Shown here: piece after piece, positions 46,018 to 55,996 of the stretch
Layout: every line of letters begins with the position of its first letter
Numbering within the stretch: the stretch's first letter is position 1
Source of the DNA: an uncultured Chitinophagaceae bacterium
GTDB lineage: Bacteria > Bacteroidota > Bacteroidia > Chitinophagales > Chitinophagaceae
Assembly (NCBI GenBank): GCA_937900675.1
Contig: CALCEA010000113.1
Coordinates: 5,455-69,454 of the forward strand
Length of the DNA: 64,000 nucleotides
Reading direction: 5' to 3'
The notes under the pieces: generated by a model
Database searches by the model: none
Told to the model about the DNA's origin: nothing
What the model saw: only the letters and a program-made list of their open reading frames with translations
Translations under genes and position numbers: made by a program

Positions 46018-47838
46018 ATGGAAAATTTTGTTGTATCAGCTAGGAAATATAGGCCCCAAAACTTTAATACAGTGGTGGGACAGGCACATATTACCACTAC
46101 CCTAAAAAATGCGATCCTAAACAATCATTTAGCTCATGCTTTTTTGTTTTGCGGTCCAAGAGGAGTAGGTAAAACTACCTGTGCAAGAATTTTAGCTAAG
46201 ACCATTAACTGTACTCAAATCACCAAAGAAGGGGAAGCTTGTAATACCTGTGAAAGCTGTGTGTCTTTTGAAAAAGGCGCTAGCATGAACATTCACGAAT
46301 TAGATGCTGCGAGCAATAACTCCGTAGATGATATTAGAGCACTTGTAGAGCAAGTAAGATTTGCTCCTCAAGCAGGCAAATACAAAGTATATATTGTGGA
46401 TGAGGTTCACATGTTAAGTGCGAGTGCCTTTAATGCATTTTTAAAGACTTTAGAAGAACCTCCTCCTTATGCCATATTTATTTTAGCCACTACAGAAAAA
46501 CATAAGATTCTACCTACTATCTTAAGTAGATGTCAAATATTTGATTTTAAAAGAATCACGAATAATGATACGGTGGTTCACTTAGAAGAAATTGTAGAAA
46601 AAGAACATATTAAAGCAGAAAAGAATGCATTGCAATTAATCGCACAAAAGAGCGAGGGTTGTATGCGTGATGCTTTAAGTATTTTAGATAAGATTGTAAG
46701 TTTTTCTAATGGAGAATTAACTTATGCCAATACCTTAGAACATCTAAATATTTTAGACGAAGCTTATTTCTTTAAATTATTAGATTATCTAACAGCACAG
46801 GATTTAACCAATGCAATGCTCTTATACGATGAAATAAACCAGAAAGGTTTTGAAGGAGACACTGTACTTTATGGATTTGCAGGGTTTATCAGAAATCTTT
46901 TAGTGTGCAAGGATAAGGCAAGTGCGCAATTACTAGAATCTATCGAAGGATGGAGAGATCAGTATTTGAGTACTGCACAAAAAGTGAATACATCTTATTT
47001 GGTAAGCGCCTTAAATATTTTAAATGAATCTGAGATTCAATTTAAAATGGCTAGAAATAAAAGACTCCATGTAGAACTGGCATTAATAAAATTGAATTTC
47101 TTACAACAAGCTTTATCATTAAGTATGGAGGACGGCCAACTAGTAAAAAAAAAACTAGTTGATGTACACTACCCTATTAAGACCAAGAAAATAGTTGCTT
47201 TAAGTAATATAGTTGTTACTAAAGAAGCTACATTAGAAATTGAGTCTACAGTAAATATCCCAGTTAAAAAAGAAGAGCCAAAGACAACAGCAATTGCAAC
47301 TCAAGTTCCTTCAACTGTAACAGAGCCTAGCCCTGCAAAAACTATAAAAACTGTTACTAGCCTTCCGGTAGATCAAAATGGCAATAAGAAAAACTTATTA
47401 GCAGCGCTGCAAGAAAAATACGGAAGTCAATACCAAATTGAAGAAGTAAAAGAATCCAAATCCCTGGATATGGAAACCTTACAGGCTGTTTGGAATGAAT
47501 ATACTGCATACCTGGAAACCACTACCAAACATTCTTCTGCCGGAACTTTCAAATTAGCAGTATTACAAATTGAAGACCCTATTCATTTTACCGTAACTGT
47601 ACCTGCTTTAGTAGCTCAAAAATTTGTAGAGCAGGAAAGAATGAATGTGATGGAAAAAATTTGGGATCGTTTTCAAAATAGAGCCATTCAATTTAGCATA
47701 TTAGTGGCTGCAGGCGAAAAAGAAGATGTACCTTTACATTTAAGATTGAATAGCAAACAAAAATTTGAGCGAATCGCAGAGCAATATCCTTTAGTAAAGG
47801 AATTAAAAGATAGACTTAACTTAGAAGTGTACTTCTAG
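46018..47838 (+). CDS. dnaX: DNA polymerase III subunit tau (gamma/tau)
   Basis: 606 aa. Contains GPRGVGKTT, Zn module CNTCESC, DEVHML and SRC (LSRCQ). Pro/Thr-rich linker, then a C-terminal tau-specific region. Confidence 0.95.
   Translation: MENFVVSARKYRPQNFNTVVGQAHITTTLKNAILNNHLAHAFLFCGPRGVGKTTCARILAKTINCTQITKEGEACNTCESCVSFEKGASMNIHELDAASNNSVDDIRALVEQVRFAPQAGKYKVYIVDEVHMLSASAFNAFLKTLEEPPPYAIFILATTEKHKILPTILSRCQIFDFKRITNNDTVVHLEEIVEKEHIKAEKNALQLIAQKSEGCMRDALSILDKIVSFSNGELTYANTLEHLNILDEAYFFKLLDYLTAQDLTNAMLLYDEINQKGFEGDTVLYGFAGFIRNLLVCKDKASAQLLESIEGWRDQYLSTAQKVNTSYLVSALNILNESEIQFKMARNKRLHVELALIKLNFLQQALSLSMEDGQLVKKKLVDVHYPIKTKKIVALSNIVVTKEATLEIESTVNIPVKKEEPKTTAIATQVPSTVTEPSPAKTIKTVTSLPVDQNGNKKNLLAALQEKYGSQYQIEEVKESKSLDMETLQAVWNEYTAYLETTTKHSSAGTFKLAVLQIEDPIHFTVTVPALVAQKFVEQERMNVMEKIWDRFQNRAIQFSILVAAGEKEDVPLHLRLNSKQKFERIAEQYPLVKELKDRLNLEVYF
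47137..47162 (+). other. candidate recoding or transcriptional-slippage site in dnaX: A10 run inside an 8-nt inverted repeat, with immediate stops in both shifted frames
   Basis: Sequence is CAACTAGT-A9-ACTAGTTG. The -1 frame reads AAA AAA AAA ACT AGT TGA and the +1 frame reads AAA AAA AAC TAG. Confidence 0.5.
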
Positions 47839-48176
47839 TTTAACTTTACTTTTTTATATCCGGCTTTTTGTAAATACTGAAATACTTTTTGTCGGTGATC
47901 TCCTTGAATAATAATTTCTCCATCTTTTACTGAACCTCCTGTGCCGCAATGATTTTTCAAGGCTTTGCCTAAAACATTCATATCCTCTTCTGCACCTACA
48001 AATCCATAAACAATGGTCACTGTTTTTCCTGCCCTATGTTTGGTTTCTAGTATCACTCTAAGCATTTGATCAGCAGGCGGAATGGTTTCAATGTTTTCTT
48101 CCTCTACTTCAATTTTAAAATTCGGATCTGTACTATACACCATTGGACTGGCAGTTCCTTTATTTTTCTTGCTCAT
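47835..48176 (-). CDS. SUI1/YciH-family translation initiation factor-like protein
   Basis: 113 aa. Contains RAGKTVTIVYGF and HCGTGGSVKDGEIIIQGDHRQKV. Confidence 0.88.
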   Translation of the reverse strand: MSKKNKGTASPMVYSTDPNFKIEVEEENIETIPPADQMLRVILETKHRAGKTVTIVYGFVGAEEDMNVLGKALKNHCGTGGSVKDGEIIIQGDHRQKVFQYLQKAGYKKVKLN

Positions 48177-48181
48177 ACATT

Positions 48182-48571
48182 TTAACTTATTCTAACACTA
48201 AGAATTTCAATTCCTTTTTTAGTTACCTCCAATAATAAAGTGAGACTATACTTATTTTGAGAGGATAGTAATTTCCCAGTTATATAAATCGTATTACCCA
48301 ATTTACGCTCTGCTGTTTTCTCAAAACCTACAATATTTTGCTTGTTAAAAAATGCTTGTAATTGCTCATTAGCAGCTGAAGCATTTAATTGTTTTTGATT
48401 GATCTGTTGTATAATATTCACTTCTACCTGTTGACCCCAATATGGCAGAAGATTATTAAAGCTAGCAGTCTGTAATATTTGTACTAGGTTTTCAGTGTCA
48501 TTTTGAGCAAAAAGGCTGTTAAATGAAAACAAAAAAGGAATTATCAGTAGGTATTTGCGAAATAGCTGCAT
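48182..48571 (-). CDS. DUF4783-family secreted protein
   Basis: 129 aa with a signal peptide. The pattern (QLQAFF..V.GFEKT...GNTIYITGKL.S....YSLTLLL) resembles DUF4783. Confidence 0.55.
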   Translation of the reverse strand: MQLFRKYLLIIPFLFSFNSLFAQNDTENLVQILQTASFNNLLPYWGQQVEVNIIQQINQKQLNASAANEQLQAFFNKQNIVGFEKTAERKLGNTIYITGKLLSSQNKYSLTLLLEVTKKGIEILSVRIS

Positions 48572-48648
48572 TTTATAGGTATTATAAGGGCTTAAAGTTT
48601 GAAATGTGCTTACTCTTTTGGACCTTTGAGGTACAAATTAAAGATTTT

Positions 48649-50166
48649 ATGTCGAAAAAAGTAATATTAGTCATCATGGATGGCTGGGGACTAGGTCAAG
48701 TAGCAAAAGCAGACGCTATACAAAATGCAAAAGTGCCTTTTGTATCTAGCTTATACAATAAATATCCTCATAGCACTTTAGTCACTTGTGGTGAGCAAGT
48801 TGGTTTACCAGATGGTCAAATGGGCAATAGCGAGGTAGGACATTTAAATTTAGGCGCGGGTAGAATTGTATACCAAGAATTACAAAGAATTAATGTAGCA
48901 ATAAGAGATGGTGAACTTGCATCTAATCCAACTTTATTGGCTTCCATTAGATATGCAAAAGAAAACAATAAGCCTTTACATTTATTGGGCTTAGTAAGTG
49001 ATGGTGGTGTGCATGCTCATACTAGTCATTTAAAAGCGATTTGTGCAATATGCAAGGCAGAGGGTTTAGAAAAAGTATTTATCCATGCTTTCACAGATGG
49101 CAGAGATACCGATCCAAAAAGTGGATTAGCCTATGTTACAGATGTAGAGAAAGCATTAGCTGGTTCTGTTGGGAAAATTGCTACCGTTAGTGGAAGATAT
49201 TATGCAATGGACCGAGATAAGCGTTGGGAAAGAGTTCAATTAGCTTACGATGCATTAGTAAATGGTATTGGTGAAACTGCTAGTTCTGCCACTGCAGCCA
49301 TTGAAGCCAACTATGCAAAAGATATTACAGATGAATTTATTAAACCGACAGTATTAGTAGAAAATGGATCCCCTATTGCAACCATCGAAGAAGGGGATGC
49401 AGTAATGTGTTTCAATTTTAGAACAGATCGTTGTAGAGAAATTACAGAAGTATTAACTCAGAAAGATTTTCATGAGTTTAATATGAAAAAATTATCATTA
49501 CACTATACGACCATTACCAAGTATGACGAGACCTTCCAAAATGTTCATGTGATTTTCGAGAACGATAATCTAGTGAATACATTAGGTGAAGTATTAGCAG
49601 CTCATCATAAAAAACAAATTAGAATTGCAGAGACCGAGAAATACCCTCATGTTACTTTCTTCTTTAGTGGAGGTAGAGAAGTGCCATTTGAAGGTGAATC
49701 AAGAATCTTGGCAGCTTCTCCAAAAGTAGCTACCTATGATTTACAACCAGAAATGAGTGCAGCAGAATTAACGGAGAAATTATTACCCGAAATTAATGCA
49801 GGAACTGCAGACTTTATTTGCTTAAACTATGCCAATGCTGACATGGTAGGACATACTGGTATTTTTAGTGCAGTAGTGAAAGCTGTTGAGACAGTAGATA
49901 GCTGTGTAGAGAAAATAGTGACTGCTGGCCTTGCTAATGGATATACTATTTTTCTAACAGCAGATCACGGTAATGCAGATTACATGATGAATGATGATGG
50001 AAGTCCCAATACAGCGCATACACTTAACTTAGTTCCTTTATTTGTAATTGATAAAGAATGGAAGGGCACAGTGAAGGCAGGTAAATTAGGAGATATTGCG
50101 CCTAGTATCTTAAAAATGATGGATATTACTATACCAAAAGAGATGACAGGAGAAGTACTCATTTAA
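48649..50166 (+). CDS. gpmI: 2,3-bisphosphoglycerate-independent phosphoglycerate mutase
   Basis: The ORF opens at 48523, but the conserved N-terminus MSKKVILVIMDGWG starts at 48649. Also contains NSEVGHLNLGAGR and TADHGNAD. Confidence 0.95.
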   Translation: MSKKVILVIMDGWGLGQVAKADAIQNAKVPFVSSLYNKYPHSTLVTCGEQVGLPDGQMGNSEVGHLNLGAGRIVYQELQRINVAIRDGELASNPTLLASIRYAKENNKPLHLLGLVSDGGVHAHTSHLKAICAICKAEGLEKVFIHAFTDGRDTDPKSGLAYVTDVEKALAGSVGKIATVSGRYYAMDRDKRWERVQLAYDALVNGIGETASSATAAIEANYAKDITDEFIKPTVLVENGSPIATIEEGDAVMCFNFRTDRCREITEVLTQKDFHEFNMKKLSLHYTTITKYDETFQNVHVIFENDNLVNTLGEVLAAHHKKQIRIAETEKYPHVTFFFSGGREVPFEGESRILAASPKVATYDLQPEMSAAELTEKLLPEINAGTADFICLNYANADMVGHTGIFSAVVKAVETVDSCVEKIVTAGLANGYTIFLTADHGNADYMMNDDGSPNTAHTLNLVPLFVIDKEWKGTVKAGKLGDIAPSILKMMDITIPKEMTGEVLI

Positions 50167-50180
50167 AGTACTACCAAAAC

Positions 50181-50825
50181 ATGAAAATAACCAAAGCCAC
50201 TTATTTAATATCCAGTCCAAGTTTTGACCTTTGCCCAAAGTTAAATGCACCAGAATATGCATTTATTGGCAGAAGTAATGTGGGGAAGTCCTCCATTATC
50301 AATGCCATTGTACAACAAAAAAACTTGGCTAAAACCTCGGGCACGCCAGGTAAAACACAACTCATCAACCACTTTGAAGTGACTAGCAATAGTGGTGTCA
50401 AAGGACCTTCAGATAAATGGTATATAGTAGATTTGCCTGGTTATGGTTTTGCTAAAGTGTCTCAAAGTAGTAGAAGAAGATGGGAACAAATGATCGAAAA
50501 CTATTTAAGAAAAAGACCCAACCTATGTAGGGTATTTGTTTTAATAGATAGTAGACATGCTCCACAGAAAATAGACTTGGAATTTATTGAGCAAATGTAC
50601 CAATGGGAAATTCCTATTACACTCATCTTTACCAAATCAGATAAAGAAAAGCCAGGAGTGGTAGCAAGAAATGTAAAAGCCATGATGGATACTTTAAAAG
50701 AACATTTCCCATTCTTACCTGAAGCATTTGTTACCAGTGCTGAGAAAAAAGAAGGTGTTTCAGAAGTAATTGCATGTTTAGATAGATACAATCAACTATA
50801 TAAAGACGACATAGAAAACAAATAA
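50181..50825 (+). CDS. engB: ribosome biogenesis GTPase YsxC/EngB
   Basis: 214 aa. G1 GRSNVGKSS, G3 DLPGYG and G4 TKSDK. Confidence 0.92.
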   Translation: MKITKATYLISSPSFDLCPKLNAPEYAFIGRSNVGKSSIINAIVQQKNLAKTSGTPGKTQLINHFEVTSNSGVKGPSDKWYIVDLPGYGFAKVSQSSRRRWEQMIENYLRKRPNLCRVFVLIDSRHAPQKIDLEFIEQMYQWEIPITLIFTKSDKEKPGVVARNVKAMMDTLKEHFPFLPEAFVTSAEKKEGVSEVIACLDRYNQLYKDDIENK

Positions 50826-50841
50826 TGCACAAAGCATTATT
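50821..50841 (+). other. perfect 8-bp hairpin AATAATGC-ACAAA-GCATTATT overlapping the engB stop, no U tract
   Basis: Read directly from the sequence. Function unknown (weak terminator or RNA-processing site). Confidence 0.3.
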
Positions 50842-50855
50842 ATTAAAAACCCATT

Positions 50856-52622
50856 ATGAAAATACTTTTTAAATATATCCGCCCTTACAGGCCATTGGTT
50901 TTATTGGCATTTGTATTAGCTGCCATCAACCAAACCTTCTCTTTATTTGATCCAATGATATTTGGTAAATTGATTGACCAATTTGCCAAAAGTCCTTTTA
51001 CAGATGCAAACGGACATACTAGAGATGAAGCAGGTTTTTTAATGGGGGTTGGAAATATGTTATTATTACTAGTTGGCACGGCCATGGTAAGTAGAATTGC
51101 AAAGGCTTTTCAAGATTATGTAGTGAATGTAATTATTCAAAAATTTGGTGCCGCTTTATTTACCGATGGTTTAAAACATTCCATGCAATTGCCTTACCAA
51201 GCTTTTGAAGATCAAAGAAGTGGAGAAACCCTATCTATTTTAACCAAGGCTAGAACAGATTGTGAGAAGTTTATTAGCTATGTAGTGAATGTATTATTTG
51301 GAATTATAGTAAGTGTCATATTTGTGAGCATCTACGCCACTAGATTACATTGGTCTATTATCCCTATCTACATTGGAGGTGCAAGCATGATTGCTTATGT
51401 GACCAACTTATTAAGCAAGAAGATTAAATCTATTCAAAAAAATATTGTCAAAGAAACCACTACCCTAGCTGGTACTACAACTGAAAGTTTGAGAAATATT
51501 GAATTGGTAAAGAGTTTGGGCTTAACCACTCAAGAAATCAATAGATTGAATAACAATACCTATAAGATTCTTGCACTAGAATTAAAAAAAGTAAAAAACA
51601 TTCGTTCCTTAAGTTTTATTCAAGGAACCATGGTGAATGCACTTAGACAAGTGATTACATTCACATTAATGTGGTTGATTTTTAAAGAGATCTTAACAGT
51701 GGGTCAATTGATCTCTTTACAGTTTTATAGCTTCTTTATTTTCGGTCCTCTACAAGAAATTGGAAGTATTATCATGAGCTATAGAGAAACAGAAGCTTCT
51801 TTACAAAATTTTGAAGCGTTGATGAATAAGCCTACAGAGCAAACACCTTCTAATCCAACCAATGTAGGTGCTATTGAGCAATTGGCTTTTGATAAAGTGG
51901 GCTTCCAACATCAAACTGCAAATTTTAAAGCAATTGATGATATCAGTTTTGTTGCCAAAAAAGGAGAAACAGTTGCTTTTGTTGGACCTTCGGGAGCAGG
52001 TAAGAGTACTTTAGTAAAACTATTAGTAGGATTGTACAATAATCAAGAAGGTTCGATCTTAGTGAATGGAACCGATACACGCAATATTGATATGAATGCC
52101 TTGAGAAATCAAATTAGTTTTGTAACCCAAGACACTCAATTATTTGCAGGCACTATTAAAGAAAATCTTGCCTTTGTTGCACCAGAAGCAACTGATCAAG
52201 AAATGTTAGAAGCATTAACCAAAGCTAGTTGTACCAATATATTAGATAAAGGAGGAAACGGTTTAGCAACTGTCATTGGAGAGGGTGGATTAAAATTATC
52301 TGGTGGAGAAAAACAAAGATTATCTATAGCAAGAGCATTATTAAGACATCCGCATTTATTAATCTTTGATGAAGCAACCTCAAGCTTGGATAGCATTACA
52401 GAAGAATCTATTACTGATACTATTAGAGAATTATCAACCGAGAGAGAGCAGATTACCATTATGATTGCGCATAGATTGAGCACAATCATACACGCTAATA
52501 GAATTTATGTCTTGGAAAAAGGCAAGGTGATTGAAGAGGGAACGCACCAGAGCTTGTTAGACGAAAAAGGATTGTATTATGCTATGTGGAGACAACAAAT
52601 TGGTGAGAGAAAGTCTAACTAG
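50856..52622 (+). CDS. ABC exporter, fused permease/ATPase (type I exporter)
   Basis: 588 aa. Six-helix TMD, then an NBD with GPSGAGKST, LSGGEKQRL and LIFDEATSSLD. Confidence 0.9.
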   Translation: MKILFKYIRPYRPLVLLAFVLAAINQTFSLFDPMIFGKLIDQFAKSPFTDANGHTRDEAGFLMGVGNMLLLLVGTAMVSRIAKAFQDYVVNVIIQKFGAALFTDGLKHSMQLPYQAFEDQRSGETLSILTKARTDCEKFISYVVNVLFGIIVSVIFVSIYATRLHWSIIPIYIGGASMIAYVTNLLSKKIKSIQKNIVKETTTLAGTTTESLRNIELVKSLGLTTQEINRLNNNTYKILALELKKVKNIRSLSFIQGTMVNALRQVITFTLMWLIFKEILTVGQLISLQFYSFFIFGPLQEIGSIIMSYRETEASLQNFEALMNKPTEQTPSNPTNVGAIEQLAFDKVGFQHQTANFKAIDDISFVAKKGETVAFVGPSGAGKSTLVKLLVGLYNNQEGSILVNGTDTRNIDMNALRNQISFVTQDTQLFAGTIKENLAFVAPEATDQEMLEALTKASCTNILDKGGNGLATVIGEGGLKLSGGEKQRLSIARALLRHPHLLIFDEATSSLDSITEESITDTIRELSTEREQITIMIAHRLSTIIHANRIYVLEKGKVIEEGTHQSLLDEKGLYYAMWRQQIGERKSN

Positions 52623-52624
52623 AT

Positions 52625-53086
52625 TTATTCTCTTTCGAATTTTTTCTTCAAATACTCCATTACTGAGGGATCTTCTAAACCTTCCATATCGCTTAACTCA
52701 AGCTCAATAGCTTTTGTACTTAATCGTATTTCAATTAATGAAATCATGATAGAGATACAAAAAGTAACCAAACTAATACCAAATACAAATTTGGCAACCA
52801 TTTGGTATTGTATGTATATAAAGAACATAGACACAATAGACAATAATAAAGATGCTACCCCAAATGATTGCATACTTTGAATTAATTTGATTCTGTATTT
52901 GATATTCTTGATCTGACCAAAGATGATATGTCTTTGTTCCAATTGATTGTATTTGTCATGCAAAACCCTCACTCTGTTAGATAATGCCAAGAAACGATTG
53001 GTATAGGCCAGCATGATCAAACTGATTGCCGGAAATAAAAGTGCAGGTATATTTACAGATAATTCCATACCCCAAAAATACTTCAT
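52625..53086 (-). CDS. DUF2721-family membrane protein
   Basis: The ORF opens at 53167, but that start would overlap uvrC by 63 nt. Starts at 53086 (MKYFWG) or 53068 (MELSV) precede the conserved LLFPAISLIMLAYTNRF segment. Exact start uncertain. Confidence 0.6.
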   Translation of the reverse strand: MKYFWGMELSVNIPALLFPAISLIMLAYTNRFLALSNRVRVLHDKYNQLEQRHIIFGQIKNIKYRIKLIQSMQSFGVASLLLSIVSMFFIYIQYQMVAKFVFGISLVTFCISIMISLIEIRLSTKAIELELSDMEGLEDPSVMEYLKKKFERE

Positions 53087-53093
53087 ATTTTTG
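53086..53093 (+). promoter_or_regulatory. candidate -7 box TATTTTTG for uvrC
   Basis: Exact TAnnTTTG match, 11 nt upstream of the uvrC ATG. Confidence 0.35.
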
Positions 53094-53104
53094 CCCTTAC
53101 TCAC

Positions 53105-54910
53105 ATGGAAAGAGAAATTTTCAAGAAAATACAGGCCAGCCTGCCTCAAGAACCAGGGATTTATCAATATTTTGATGAAAAGGGCAAGCTTTTGTATGTG
53201 GGGAAAGCTAAAAATTTAAGAAATAGAGTAAGCTCCTATTTTAATTCCAACCAACATAGTTTAAAGACCATTGAACTAGTTCAGAAAATAAAAGACATTC
53301 AATTTACGATTGTAAATTCTGAACATGATGCTTTTATTTTAGAAAACGAGTTGATTAAAAACTATCAACCCAAGTATAATATCAATTTAAAAGACGATAA
53401 GACCTATCCTTATATTGTTATTAAAAACGAGGCTTTCCCGAGAGTATTTCTAACTAGACGAAAAATTAAAGATGGCTCTACTTACTATGGCCCTTATACA
53501 CATGTATTTGCAGTAAGAGAATTGATTAACCATATCAAAGAAAGTATTCCATTAAGAACCTGCACCCTTCCCCTCTCTCCTAAAAATATTGAAAAGGGAA
53601 AATTTAAAGTTTGTTTAGAATATCATTTAGGAAATTGTAAAGGACCTTGCCAGGGCTTACAGACTGAAGATGATTATAATAAGTCAATTGAGCAGGTTAC
53701 CCATTTACTCAAAGGGAATGTAAAACCTTTGATTGCTCATTTGTATAAAGAAATGAATGAGCAAGCTAGTGCATTGGCTTTTGAAAAAGCAGCCATCACA
53801 AAAAAGAAAATTGAAGAACTAGAACAATACCAAACAAAATCAGTGGTGTATACTAAACAACAACATGCAATGGATGTGTTTAGCATTGCTCATTTCGAAG
53901 ATCAAGCATATGTGAATTATCTAATGGTTCAAGAAGGCAGAATTGTTCAAACACATATGTTGCCCTTATCTATACCTTTAGAAGAATCCAAAGAGACTGT
54001 ATTAGCCTTTGCTATTCATTACTTTAGAAGCAATCTTGGATCTACCGCTACTGAAATTATAGTACCATTTGAACCAGACGATATTATCCCCACTGTCAAA
54101 TACACTATACCCAAGCTTGGAGAGAAAGAGCAATTATTGGCTTTATCTAAAAAAAATGCGGACTACGCATTGAAAGAATGGAAGCATAAGCAAGCTTTAT
54201 TGTTAGTATCCGATATCAGCTCCAATTCTGTATTAGAAGAGATGAAAGAAGTATTACATCTTCCTCAGCTTCCTACACATATAGAATGCTTTGATAACTC
54301 TAATTTCCAAGGCGCTTACCCAGTTTCTGCAATGGTCTGTTTTAAGAATGGCGTGCCTAGTAAATCTGATTACAGAAAGTTCAATATAAAAACAGTGGTA
54401 GGTATTAATGATTTTGCCAGCATGAAAGAGTCGGTCTATAGAAGATACCATTCTGTGATCACTAAAAACCAAGCATTACCTCAGTTAATTATCATTGATG
54501 GTGGTAAAGGGCAATTGAATGCTGCATTAGAAGCATTAACAGAACTAGGTATTCAAGATAAAGTTACCATGGTGGGCTTAGCTAAAAATATTGAAGAATT
54601 ATTTTTCGTTGGGGATAGCAATTCTATTTTACTCAACTGGAATAGTGAAGCACATAAATTGATCAGAAATATTAGAGACGAGGTACACCGATTTGGTATT
54701 CAGTTTCACAGAAGTAAAAGATCCAAAGGCGCATTGGAAACAGGCCTTGATCATATAGTTGGAATTGGACCCAAGACCAAAGAAATACTTTTGCAGTATT
54801 TTAAATCTGCCAATAAGGTGAAAAAAGCCAGTCCAGCCTTATTGACGGAGATCATTGGAGTACAAAAAACTAAAATATTATTAGAAGCTTTTGCTAAAGA
54901 AGCTAATTAA
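53105..54910 (+). CDS. uvrC: excinuclease ABC subunit C
   Basis: 601 aa. GIY-YIG domain (GIYQYFDEKGKLLYVGKA), UVR domain, RNase H-like endonuclease domain and C-terminal HhH. Confidence 0.95.
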   Translation: MEREIFKKIQASLPQEPGIYQYFDEKGKLLYVGKAKNLRNRVSSYFNSNQHSLKTIELVQKIKDIQFTIVNSEHDAFILENELIKNYQPKYNINLKDDKTYPYIVIKNEAFPRVFLTRRKIKDGSTYYGPYTHVFAVRELINHIKESIPLRTCTLPLSPKNIEKGKFKVCLEYHLGNCKGPCQGLQTEDDYNKSIEQVTHLLKGNVKPLIAHLYKEMNEQASALAFEKAAITKKKIEELEQYQTKSVVYTKQQHAMDVFSIAHFEDQAYVNYLMVQEGRIVQTHMLPLSIPLEESKETVLAFAIHYFRSNLGSTATEIIVPFEPDDIIPTVKYTIPKLGEKEQLLALSKKNADYALKEWKHKQALLLVSDISSNSVLEEMKEVLHLPQLPTHIECFDNSNFQGAYPVSAMVCFKNGVPSKSDYRKFNIKTVVGINDFASMKESVYRRYHSVITKNQALPQLIIIDGGKGQLNAALEALTELGIQDKVTMVGLAKNIEELFFVGDSNSILLNWNSEAHKLIRNIRDEVHRFGIQFHRSKRSKGALETGLDHIVGIGPKTKEILLQYFKSANKVKKASPALLTEIIGVQKTKILLEAFAKEAN

Positions 54911-55971
54911 TACACCCAACGCTCTTGCTCGTAATTGAAGATCTTTTGTCTAATCTTCTCTCCTTCAATCAATCTTCTCATTGGATCTTTATACAAAGCA
55001 TTTAAAGGTTTGTCATTGTAATTATCTAAAGTAGATTTAATGATATATCCATTAAAGAATTTACTCTCAAATAATTCCTCCCATGTAATCCTACTTGAAA
55101 AATTTTTAGGATTGTACACTTCGTTACGTGCTAAAATAGGTCTTAAGTCAGGATAGTACACCCAGAACAATGGTCTTTTAATTACTTTATCTCTTATTTG
55201 AATTGATGCCACTGGCGCAATTCCAATGATTCTGCAATACATTCGACTAGTTTTGCTATCAAAAATATATTGCTCCTTTAATCTGAATGTATAAATAGAA
55301 TCGGGCTGCGGAGCTAATTTTGTATTATAAATAACAGTCGTATCGAACACATTTGGATTGTCTACATTTTGCACCAATTGTGTGTCTAATGTTCCTTTTA
55401 AACTAGCATTAATTTCATCCATACTTAATGGAGTCGTAAAACGATCATCTTCTGCTGCAAATGCTGTAATACCTTCTTTCTCAATGGCTCTTAACAAAAT
55501 GGCGAAAAATCTTTGATCTCCATTATCATCATATGCTTGATATATAAACGGCCTATTTATTTTTTCTCTGGCATCAATTTCTTCCCAAACAAACTCACTA
55601 AACAATGCATCTTCTTCTCTTAAATTTTCATAAGGCAAAGGCAAACGCTCTTGCACACCCTTTCTTTTTTTAGTTTCAGAGAAAAAAGCATAGTTGTTTC
55701 TAAGGCTTTTTTTATTGTTACTATTGAAACCACCCACCACTGTTGTATCAACTACTTTTGTCGGCTTGATATTAGGATCAATAGTGTTATTAGTTGTTGG
55801 AGCTGGAACAACTTGCACAGGAGCTGGTTCCACATTAGGAGAAGTAGGCACAACTTTATCTGTTGTTTTATTGGCTGCCCCCTTTTTCTTTGGCAAATTA
55901 AATTGCGCAAAACTATTTGATTGAACAAATAATGTAGCAAATACCAACAAAGCTAAATAGGTCTTTTTCAT
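54907..55971 (-). CDS. gldN: gliding motility / type IX secretion protein GldN (PorN)
   Basis: 354 aa with a signal peptide. It is the last gene of a K-L-M-N ordered block. Has a low-complexity Pro/Thr/Val-rich N-terminal region before the conserved domain. Confidence 0.8.
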   Translation of the reverse strand: MKKTYLALLVFATLFVQSNSFAQFNLPKKKGAANKTTDKVVPTSPNVEPAPVQVVPAPTTNNTIDPNIKPTKVVDTTVVGGFNSNNKKSLRNNYAFFSETKKRKGVQERLPLPYENLREEDALFSEFVWEEIDAREKINRPFIYQAYDDNGDQRFFAILLRAIEKEGITAFAAEDDRFTTPLSMDEINASLKGTLDTQLVQNVDNPNVFDTTVIYNTKLAPQPDSIYTFRLKEQYIFDSKTSRMYCRIIGIAPVASIQIRDKVIKRPLFWVYYPDLRPILARNEVYNPKNFSSRITWEELFESKFFNGYIIKSTLDNYNDKPLNALYKDPMRRLIEGEKIRQKIFNYEQERWVY

Positions 55972-55996
55972 AACAACTTATTATTTAAACCACTCT

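Noticed and set aside
48523-48648. 42-codon N-terminal extension of the gpmI ORF
   Set aside because: It overlaps the start of the divergent DUF4783 gene and has an unconvincing sequence (MKTKKELSVGICEIAAFYRYYKG...). The conserved iPGM N-terminus MSKKVILVIMDGWG begins at 48649.
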